NCBI RefSeq assembly: GCF_000497125.1
Contig: NC_090598.1
Location: 1,550,001-1,614,000, forward strand
Direction: 5' to 3'
DNA: 64,000 bases
Source of the DNA: Spironucleus salmonicida
Taxonomy: Eukaryota
In this document: positions 53,944 through 64,000 of the stretch, piece after piece
How positions within the stretch are numbered: position 1 is the stretch's first letter
How the letters are laid out: every line of letters starts with the position of its first letter
Notes under the pieces: model-generated
Seen by the model: the letters and a program-made list of their open reading frames with translations, nothing else
Databases searched by the model: none
What the model was told of the DNA's origin: nothing
Program-made: the position numbers and the translations under genes

Positions 53944-54369
53944 ATGCCTTCAGATGAATTACTTAAGCTTAGAGCAAAAACTTTAAAACTTAGATAAGAC
54001 ACAGACTAAATGGAATAAAATTTATAATAACATTTTACCTAACTTGGACTTAACAAAGATATAATTTCCATCGATGAAAATGAAGTAATGGCAGGGATGT
54101 AAGCTATGGCGGAAAAATATAAGATAACACAACCATAGCCTCGTTTGCCTTTCTCATAAATAAAACCAAAGCCATTATCAAAACCAAATTCTGCATCTAG
54201 TACACCATAAAGAGTTCCATTTACTGAAAAATCTGAGCCTACAAAGTCAATCTCTAAAATCATATAGAAACCGCCTATGAAGCCTGTTAGACCATTATCT
54301 GCCAAAACACAAGATAACAATATGTAGGGTTTGAGTATTTCAGGAATTTAAATTAGCGGGAAAAAGTGA
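53944..54369 (+). CDS. Hypothetical protein with P/K/S-rich tail (141 aa)
   Basis: Code-6 ORF; AAG-TGA stop. Confidence 0.7.
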
Positions 54370-54380
54370 AAATTTCTTCA

Positions 54381-57300
54381 TCATTCAAGCTCACCTTCAA
54401 GCAGTTATTTAACACTTGATTTATCAGCAGCAGGTTCAACAGGCTAAATTGGTTAAGGTTCACTAACAACTCCAGGAGCTGGGGTTATATTTTCAGCCTT
54501 TTGTGGTGCAGGAGTTTTTCCTTCACCCTTTCGGATACCAGCATTTCCTGTTAGAATACGTTCATCCATTTAGTCTGGACCTGTTAAAACAGATGTTTAT
54601 TATAGATTAGTTTGGAAATTTCCTGCTTATGTTCTGGCTAAAGAAGCAGATGTTTTTTAAAGGAATAAATCATCGGAGATTAATTCTTCTGGTCTTTCAT
54701 TTCCTTCAATATTAAATGTCATATTTCTACGTATTTAGAATGACATATTATTAAGTCCACCTTCAGCTAGTCCTCCAGGTTTTCTTTCTTAACCACCAAT
54801 AAAGCAATCATCTTGATATAAAACCATAGCAGCGTCTTTAACTTTTTGTGGATCTTGATGAGTTTCCGATTCGATTCTTTCTTTATACACTTCAAGTGAG
54901 GTAATATGATGGATTCTAATATTTGTAATTGCAGAAGCAGATGAATTTTATGTATCTTTGTCAACATGCCCTACTAAAGTAAGTAAACCATAAACAGCAC
55001 CATGCTACCTTAAAAGCAAAGCACATTTTTTATTTTTACTTATTTCGCTCATTGCTTTACATGCAGCTCGATTAACCACAAAGTATGGATTTCTTGTAGC
55101 TTATGGATCACGGTCCACAGGAGGCTCACGTTAAGAATAAGCGGGTTCTTTAAAGTTAACTTCTGATCCAAATTTATTAGGACAAGGCTATAACGCAATA
55201 CCAACAGCTTCAATGTAAGTAAGATTTGCATTTCTATGCTTCTATAAACTTTAGGAATCAAATACTGAACATCCATCTGGTGATTAAATTGATCTAACTA
55301 AAGCGGGAATAGTGCCCATATCAGCGGTGCATGCCATATTATCATTAATTTTAGATAAAGTGGCTATTGCAAGGCATGATTTTTCTTTGATTAATAAGTC
55401 AATATAAAAATCATATGAACGTTCAGTTCTAGAATTTACTTTGGAATGTTGCTTTAATAATTCGCAAATTACTGGTAGTACCTCATATTCAGTTAACACC
55501 TTTGCATTTTCACGATCTTACGCCAACTCAGCTACCACACCCATTAACCAACCGCGGGTTTCTAAAACAAGTCGTGGTGCATATTAATCAGTAGGGTCAG
55601 CTTCGAATTTTCTCTTTAATAATGTAGCAATAACTTCTAATGAAGTTGTTAATGAACGACCAACTTTAAATGAACGAGTCTTATCTCTTAAAACAGGTGT
55701 CAGTGCTTTAGCTGCAGCACACACCACCTATAGATTATTATGTCTAAGTAAAGTAAACATATATCTTAAACCTTCTGATTCACCAATCTTTTTACAAATA
55801 TCAGAATCATTTTCAGAAGCTGTTGATAAAGAGAAAAGAGTAGCAACTAATATATCGACGTCAGCTACCTAAAGATGAGAAATAAGAGCTTTGAACAAAC
55901 CAGCATTCCCTTTCAGTGCCTTTCTTCCATCAACTGAAGAAAGAAGTGGCACTAAAGCATTCGTAGCCTATACAGCTAGGTCACGTAAGTGCTATGCAGG
56001 TTTGATATTTTATGGCTGAACTTAACCAGTAACGAGTAAATTATTAGCATCAGAACAGCATAATAAATCAATAGGAACATCAATATGACTAGTTAAATTA
56101 CCAACAGCTCCAATCTTGCATAGTTCTAATATATTTTCTTCATTTCTTTCATTGAATGATAGAAAATCTGTTTCGTCATGCTCTAAACAAGTTTGAACTC
56201 CACCAAAATATGGGCCACTTCTACAGACGCTTACAATTGTTCTACAAATGGCCATTGTAGTTTCGTGATCACCTGTTGTTAATAATGAAGACAAATATTT
56301 AAGGCCGCCGGCTGTTCTTACAGTTTAATCAACACCTGAATCTTATGCACAATTTGCTAAAATAGCCACTGCACGTTAAGTTATTCTAGCAGATTATGTT
56401 TTTTTAAAGAGATTAACAACACTGTTAATACCTTTTGTAACCTATATTTCAGCACGACCAGTTTATAGAAGACTTAATTATCTTAATGTATTTGTGATGC
56501 TTTCTATACATAAATCATTCTAATCTAAATTTCTCTTTTATCCTCCACACTATTCAATAAGATCAGTAGTAATAGGTACATTAACAGGGAGTTCGTTAAG
56601 AGCCTACACTAACATACCTACACCTCCAGTTTTAATCATAGTATTTTTGCAGCGATTACTTTTCATTAATTATTCAAAGACTTAAGATATCGCACAAATA
56701 ACACTTCCATTTTCGGCATTTTGATTCATTTAAAAGTCTTTGATAGACTGTTTAAATTAACGTTAAAGTAATTGGATTGCTTAAATTCTTCTCATAAAAT
56801 TCCTTGCCTTCGAATCTTTAGCACAACCTGCTACCATTCTTAAGGCTCTTGCTCTAAGCAAAGCTTAAAATCCAACATTCGATGCAAATTAGGTCTTACA
56901 AAGTGTTAAACCGATACGAATTGCATCTTCTGCTAACAAAGCTGAACGTGAATCTTTTGCTAATTCTGAAAGAGTAGCTAAAATTAATAAAGATTCATAA
57001 CCATACTTAGGATCTACTCTTGGGAGATACTATTAAACGTACTACATACGCTTTTCTGGAGATAGTAGGGTAAAGGTCATATTATTTATTGCACGGAATA
57101 AGGCTTTAACCCCACCATGCTGAATGAACAAAGTTCTTAATTTTGTGGAAGAAAAATCAATTGAAGAATTAATAGTTGACACTGCTAATGCTGCTTATAA
57201 TGTTGAAATATCATTAATTGCGGTAACAAGTTTAGAAAATAATTAAGTATTACCTGGATCTTTTTGGTCACCCTCAACGTGTTCTAGTTCTGAGTCAGAA

Positions 57301-57398
57301 GGTATTTTATCATCTTAACCTTCTGACATTTCTATGAATAGTTCAGGTGAAAATATATCAGTAGCCTTGTTTTGATCTTAATCTTATTGTTAGGTCAT
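54381..57398 (-). CDS. ARMC4: Armadillo-repeat protein, ARMC4/ODAD2-like (1005 aa)
   Basis: Many ARM repeats; C-terminal VNRAACKAMSEISKNKKC...HGAVYGLLTLVG...SASAITNIR matches the last ARMC4 repeats. Confidence 0.7.
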
Positions 57399-57508
57399 TT
57401 TGCGGAATTTGATAGAAGTGACTAATTTATTATATGATAAAAATTATTATCAATTATTTGCAGTGCTAAATTATTTATATATTATATATATAATATTATT
57501 TTTATATA

Positions 57509-58426
57509 ATGGACTCATCATAGTTAACATAAACACCTATTCATGAAATTCCTATTGATTCTAGTAGGAATTAAAACCATATAGAGTAATTAGTAGATAT
57601 ATTAATATCAGGATAAACCGTAGTTTTCTTAACAGGTGCTGGCTTATCTGTCTCATCAGGTATTACCCCTTATCGATATTCATCGCAGGCTATTTGGTCA
57701 AAATTTATACAAGATTAAGGTACAAGAAAATAGTTCAAAAGAGACCCTGCCTCATACTGGAATGATTTTTGGCTTAGAACACATGAAAAATCAGAGTTTT
57801 TAAAAGCGAAGCCAAATCCTGGACATTTTGCAATTTCTGCAATTTTAAGGCTTTGTCCTAATACAAGAATTGTTACCTAAAACATTGATACATTACATAC
57901 AAAAGCAGGAGTAGATTAAGATCGACTTGCTGAAGTACATGGATCACTAGGAAAATACAAATGTATAAATAATAGATGTTAGATAGCAACTTCCAAATAT
58001 GCATCAATAAGATCTTTAGATGATTTGGCTATTGATAATACATCTATGAAAGCTGGAAATCTTAGAATTCGCCCTCCAAGATGTCCAATTTGTCAGGCAC
58101 CAATGATGCCATTAACGCTGATGTTTGACGAAAATTACAATTCACACGATATGTTTGGGTATTCTAAAGCCGAGCGGTGGTTTTAAAAAGCAGCAGCAAT
58201 TGTCTTTGTGGGAACTAGTTTAAGTGTTCGAATTACAAGTGACGCAGTCCGACTAAGTGAGCGCAACAAAGCGTAATATTTTAACTTTAATGTAATGGAT
58301 GATGATAGAGTGTAAAACTAGAAATGGGTTCTAGGCAAAGCAGAAAATACCTTGGAATAAGTTCGTACCATCTTAATTGAAAAGACGCGAACGGTGTCTG
58401 GAAAGCCGAGAATGTGCATTTGGTGA
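57509..58426 (+). CDS. Sirtuin (Sir2 family NAD-dependent deacylase; 305 aa)
   Basis: VFLTGAGLSVSSGITPYR, TQNIDTLH, EVHGS, Zn-binding cysteines, VGTSL. Confidence 0.93.
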
Positions 58427-58435
58427 CGAATTTTT

Positions 58436-60193
58436 TCACTTTCCCCTGGGAATTACGGCATTTTTATTCTCTAGTTCCAATGCTTTTCCATAGTCTGCCA
58501 TTGCACTATCATAACATCCAATTGCGTCCAGGCTCGCACCCCTAGAAAAGTACGCTGCTGAATCCTATGGATTTGCCTCAATTGCCTTTGTAAAATCTTC
58601 TATAGCATCCTGCTGCTTCCCGATCTTGTCTAAAGATATACCGCGGTTGTGCAGCGCATGTTGATTCTAAGGGTCTATTTTCAACACTTTAGAATAATCC
58701 TAAATGGCAAGTTCGAATTACTATAGTTTTGCATAAGCATAACCTCTATTAATTAGTAATTTCACATCACTGGGATTTGCTAAAAGAGCCTTACTAGAGT
58801 CGGCAAGGCTCTCCTTAAACATTTATAATTTTCTATAAACTTAAGCCCTTTAGGCGTAAATTTCGATTGATGACGAGTTATGATCAGTTAACAGATGATT
58901 GTAGATTTTTAGGGCCTCTTTGTACATCTAGTTTCCACGCATAATTTCAGCTAACATAAGGCCGTGCTCAACAGATTAGCTAATGTCGTATGCAATTTAA
59001 AAGTCCATAAGAGCTTCACCTCGCTTTTTAAGTGATAAATAACTTTAACCACGAGCAGAGTAGCTTTCACTGGCATTATTATTTAATTAAATCGCATTTG
59101 TGAAATCTTAAACTGCTAATAGATGTTAGTTTAGCCTTGCTAAAACACTACCTCTGTTATGATATGCAAATTACTTTTCTTCGAGCTTTAAACACTTATT
59201 GTAATCATTAAGGGCTTTCTATAGTTCGTTGTTGAGTTCGAAGCAGTATGCTCTTGCAAATAGTAACTGGTATGTTTCTCCACTAATTTTTAAGGCTTAA
59301 TTGTAATCTTCAATAGCTCCTTAATAATTACCCATTCGTCTTTTACTTAAACCTCTAGAGCATAAAAATTCACTATTCGCATCTATTTCTATAGACTTAT
59401 TAAAGCACTATATTGCATCATCAAAATATTCCATTTTATCATAGCAAACACCTAGGTTATGATGTGCAAGAGAATTATTTTCATCTAATTAAATAACACT
59501 TTTATAATCAGAAATAGCGTTTTATAAAAATGACAGTTTATCATAACAAAATGCTCTATTAAGTAATGGTGATATAGCATTTTAATCTGATGATAACGCA
59601 CTTGTAAATGCTTCTGCAGCCTCTGTTAATTTATTTTGTTTTCGAAGATCTAAACCTAATTATGTATAATAGGTTGAGTCAAACGATTGAGGAGTTGACT
59701 TAACACGCTATCTAATGATATCTAAAGGTGATTTTTAAGATAAGTGAATTTCAAAATTAGGATGTTTATAAGGAGAATATAGTCTAGAAAAATTGGAAGA
59801 AATTGAGCTTTCGGAACATTTTGAAACATGCTCTGATTCTATAGCCTGTTAAAATATTTATATTGCAGCTTCACGGTTACTAGATTATGCTAATATTTAC
59901 GCCTTAAGATAAAGTGCTTATGCATGTGATGGACAAAATTACAATATCTAGTTAATATCAAATAAGGCTTTTTCATCATTTTTTAATTCTATGTACGCAT
60001 TAGACCTAAGAAGTCTCGCAGAAGTATCAGAAGCATGCAGTTTAAGCAATATATCTAAATCTTTGATTGCTTACTGATATTACCCTAATCTAAAACTAGC
60101 AGATGCTCTTGTCTATAACAGTCTTGGATTGTTAGGTTATTGATTAAGCTTTACATTAGTAATGTCAAAAATTTATTATGCTGAAATAGACAT
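58436..60193 (-). CDS. TPR-repeat protein (585 aa)
   Basis: Repeated HNRG...A..D...A TPR units; AAG-TGA stop. Confidence 0.9.
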
Positions 60194-60271
60194 TTTTAAT
60201 AAAATGAAATGAAATATTATGTATCATTACTCTATTTATAAGTATTAATTTCAAATCATTCAATAATTAAA

Positions 60272-60610
60272 ATGGAGTATATTATTTTTAAGGCAACCTG
60301 GCTTAATGATACTCTCGTATTTTATCAAGGCGATTAAAATATGAAGCCTAATATTTTCTCATTGCTTGAATAGTGCAAGTAACTATATAGTTCACTCTTA
60401 GATAAAGATTCAGACTATCAAGGATGCTCTCTAAAATATAATGATGTCAAAATGAATTTAGGATTTCATGACGATGAATTATTAATATTTACTGAGAAGC
60501 ATTAAGATAAAACTATCATGTTTTTAGTAAGAGATCTGACTTTCTCGATCATATTTTCACAGTCATCCACACGTCCTATCCTCCAATATTTGTTGAATTA
60601 GCTACTTTGA
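60272..60610 (+). CDS. Hypothetical protein (112 aa)
   Basis: Code-6 ORF ATG 60272 to TGA 60608-60610. Confidence 0.6.
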
Positions 60611-60716
60611 ATGTTTTATCGAAATGAAGTTTTTGATTATCATTTTTAGTGCATAAGTTAAAGCTCATACCATTTTTATTTAAATATAATAATGTTTAAT
60701 AAACAATACTCTTAAA

Positions 60717-62174
60717 TCACCCAAAAAGTTTACCCACATCATCTCGAAGCATCCCTCCAAATCTCTACTGAACTTCACGGCCACGTAACTCACGCAATGC
60801 CTGGCTGGCCGCTTCAGTCCCTAAAAGACCTCTTTCTGCCAGTAAATTCATCGCTACAAAACTTTCCTTACTATCATCTTTTCCAGCGCTAAATTAGTTA
60901 TACCCCTTAAACTCTCCATCAAATATCAAGCCATTTTAAAGTTATTTCCGATTCTCATTTTCTTTAAGTCGCGAAACTTAATTTTTGCTTAATTAAAGTA
61001 GTTTTTCTTCATCAAATTCAACCTTAGGGCGAACTTTTTCAGCATCTTTCTCCGCTGCTAAAATACGATTCTACATTAATTTAAGCCTTTCCTGAGATAT
61101 TTATTTTTTTTGACCCGTTTCGAAGTCTGTTTTGAGTTTTCGTAATTATGTAATTTTTTAATTAAAAATAATAGTCGATGGGTCTGCCTTAGTGCGAGTA
61201 CTCAGTGTGTCAAGTGCCTATTAATATTCTTTTTCTGCCTACTTCTATGCTTGAAATAAAAAAATATCTGTATTTAGTGATTTTGGTTAGTTATTTTTGT
61301 GTATGATTTCTTGCTTTTTTGGGATTATTGGTTTTGCTGAAAATATATGGTTTTGATTTGCTAATTTTTATTTGAGTTTATCACTGTTATCCTCATAAAT
61401 TATTTACTCATCTGGAATATAATTTTCGAACATTTCTAAAATATTTATAATGGCCGATTAAATAGCATTCATTAAATGTTAAATTTCATTATTTTATCTC
61501 TTTTTATCCGCAAAAGCATTAAAATTTGCAGTAAGATTTGCTTCTGGAATTTTAAATGCAATTGAAAATATCTTAATAAAACTTTTGTCAGGAATTATTG
61601 ATGATACTTGCAATTAAAAATTTTCTTATATATTTTATGGGGGTTTCCTATTTGATTCAAGTTTGTCAAATAGTGAAAAAGTGGCTGTAGAAATAGGTAA
61701 GTTATTTATCAGATTTGAACATTAAAATTAGATCAATGTTGCTTATTACTAAAGAGCTTTTAATCTTTGCTGATAAATGTCATATTCGTTATTAGATAAA
61801 ACTCGAGGAGGAAAGAAAATTTACTTTGGATCTTCTTATACTTAAGAAAGAGTTATGAGAAGTTCTGATTTTTAGTCTAAATTTGCATATAACTATGCTA
61901 AGCCAATTTAAAGCTGCTACTCTTCTACAAAAAGCTAGAAAAAGGATGAAAGTGATGGATTATCCACTAATGGCTGTTCAATACACAGTTGGTTTGATAG
62001 TATTTTTTCTATTCTTTAATAATCTGGAAATTTTTTCTTCATGTAATCAAAATATTTTTATTTAAGTGAATTCTTTTCAAATTATTACTTATTCTCAATA
62101 AATAGACTCAGCTCTGTCTTTGTATCTCTAGATTTCATTTTTTCTAAAAATTCTCTACCTTTTTTTGAATTCAT
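60717..62174 (-). CDS. Hypothetical protein (485 aa)
   Basis: Frame checked free of TGA from ATG 62174 to stop 60717. Confidence 0.75.
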
Positions 62175-62332
62175 TTATTAAATAATTTATATAATTATTT
62201 TTATTTATTTATCTATATACCCAGAATATCAAAATTTAGTATTATATAAACCTATACATAGTTGAATAAAATTTAATACAACTTAATTTTATATCTAATA
62301 ACATTAAATTAGAGTTATTTCATTTATTTAAA

Positions 62333-63286
62333 ATGGGTATCATGGCTTTTGATACTAAATTCTCTGGGATGAGATTCTTTTAGCAAAATTTATAGCATGC
62401 TGTACCTTTTGTTCACTCAGGGGTGTTAATAGTCACATTTTCTATTATATCTGCCTTTCTTTTAGGTCTAGGCTCATTTTTATTAACGGAATCTAATACC
62501 ATATTATATGAGGAATTACTACATTAGAATTCACCTACATAAAAATAATAGCATCTAAATTTAGAAAACCTAGATCCGAACAAACCATTATATATTTACT
62601 ACAAAGTGAATGATTTTCATTAATGTGTTCGTTCTTATGTTCTCGGATATAGTTGGTCCTAAATAACACATGAAACTTCAATATCAGATTTGAAACTTAA
62701 TTATAATTGCTTAACGGCTTAATCTCAGGCTGACATTGTGGATTATCCATGTGGAATTTAGTATAGAACAATTAACAAAGACTCTTATTCTTTAAAAAAA
62801 TCAGATGGAACAACAATTGATATTCAAAGAACTAACATAACTCTACCTTCTGACCGGGAGACTAATTTATATTTCGGACCAGCCTTCAAATCTTTTGATT
62901 TTTAATCTTAATTGAATGTAGCAGGAATAACTTGGGAAGATGTCGCAAATTGGATGCGTCCCTCCACTTTTACAAATGCTATTAAATTATACGGTGTAAT
63001 TACTCCTGCCATATTGTAAACTCTTAGAGATGAGTAAATAATTTTTTATTCTATTGGTGAACACAAAGATTCTCGTGAAGTGTTTTCCGAATAAAGATCT
63101 ATTATTTTTAGTTAAATTGGTATTATGGCTGGCAAAAAAGAAACACTTTAACTTAGCTATTACTGCTGGTTTGTGGGCTTTGTTACTGGAGTTTTCTCTA
63201 TTGTTTTTTCTATTATATTAGGAATGTGTGGAGCAAGGGGAAGAAAATATAAGGAAATTAGAAGTAAATATTCTCTTAAAATCTGA
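62333..63286 (+). CDS. CDC50: CDC50/LEM3 family P4-ATPase beta subunit (317 aa)
   Basis: RFFQQNL, TM segment, LYIYYKVNDFHQ...SY, YPCG, NWMRPS...KLYG, C-terminal TM. Confidence 0.9.
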
Positions 63287-63491
63287 TTTATCTTGTATTC
63301 TCTTATAAACCTAGTTACTTATACACTTATATAGTGGACTATAAACAATTGTATTAAACAACCAGAAAATTAATTTAAAATATTAACTTGTATTTAAGAT
63401 CAATTAAATAATTACTTTGATTTATATTAATGTTTTAAAGATAACGTTAATATTAAATTTATAATATATTATTTATATTATTTGATAAGAA

Positions 63492-64000
63492 ATGGGATTG
63501 ATCTCAATTGATGCGAAAGCAGCTAATCAACGTTTTTTCCAGTAAACTCTCCATCACTGTATACCAATATCACATCCTGGTATTGTTATTATAGTACTTT
63601 CGATTTTTGGTGGCTTTTTGGTTGTGATAGGGGGATTTTTTTATCAATAGGCACTTGGTTTATCCTATATCGAAGTGGAGCATACAAATTCTAATACACC
63701 CCAGGAACACTAATTTACATTAGATAACTTTAACCCTAATCAGCTCGTTCATGTGTATTATAGAGTTCCGAATTTCTTTTAAAATATCAGATCTTATGTC
63801 CAATCATTTTCGTTAGATCAACTAAAGGCTAAAAATACTATGCTATAAGCGAAAGTAAATGAAGATTGTGATAAACCGACCACTGCCAAACCTATAGTGT
63901 AATATCCATGCGGAATGCAATTTAAATCTATGAACAGAGATACCTACTCCTTTAAGTATCAAAATAGTACTCAAATCGTCCTAAACAAGGATAATATAGC
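63492..64000 (+). CDS. CDC50: Second CDC50/LEM3 paralog (runs off window)
   Basis: RFFQQTL, TM segment, VYYRVPNFFQNIRSY, YPCG; tandem with the previous gene. Confidence 0.88.

Noticed and set aside
60692-61260. Plus-strand ORF from ATG 60692
   Set aside because: Antisense to the more protein-like minus ORF 60717-62174; open mainly because the strand is G-poor
1-64000. Mass pseudogenisation, CRISPR arrays, rRNA or prokaryotic operons
   Set aside because: Apparent stops are Gln codons; no spaced short repeats or rRNA-like sequence seen; gene content is eukaryotic

Overview
AT-rich, very gene-dense eukaryotic nuclear DNA from a hexamitid diplomonad (Spironucleus-like). It uses genetic code 6 (TAA/TAG = Gln, TGA the only stop), so the supplied standard-code ORF track shows only fragments. 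Re-translating by eye gives about 40 nearly intronless genes with short spacers. They include UBR1, RPS24 (with a 43-nt spliceosomal intron), a ferredoxin, RPC11, KAP3, CC2D2A-like, separase, a probable TFIIIC B-block subunit, glycogen synthase, REV1, POLE2, an M3 peptidase, a CCR4-like nuclease, RFC1, ARMC4, a sirtuin and two CDC50 paralogs. The most striking structure is a 2,336-bp, roughly 50% GC direct repeat (14984-17319 and 37205-39540; 7 substitutions seen). It is not a transposon: it holds the convergent 3' ends of POLE2 and CC2D2A. CC2D2A is complete only at copy 1 and POLE2 only at copy 2, so the 22,221-bp unit is a circular permutation of one locus. GC is strongly raised within the duplicated segment, which suggests concerted evolution by GC-biased gene conversion. 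Other notable signals are a REV1 lacking its catalytic residues, recurring GC-rich patches where strand skew flips from C to G, tRNA-like Pol III A/B boxes without a tRNA fold, AGTGA stop/polyA signals and a C-rich pre-ATG motif. Gene names come from motif recognition by eye, not database searches.
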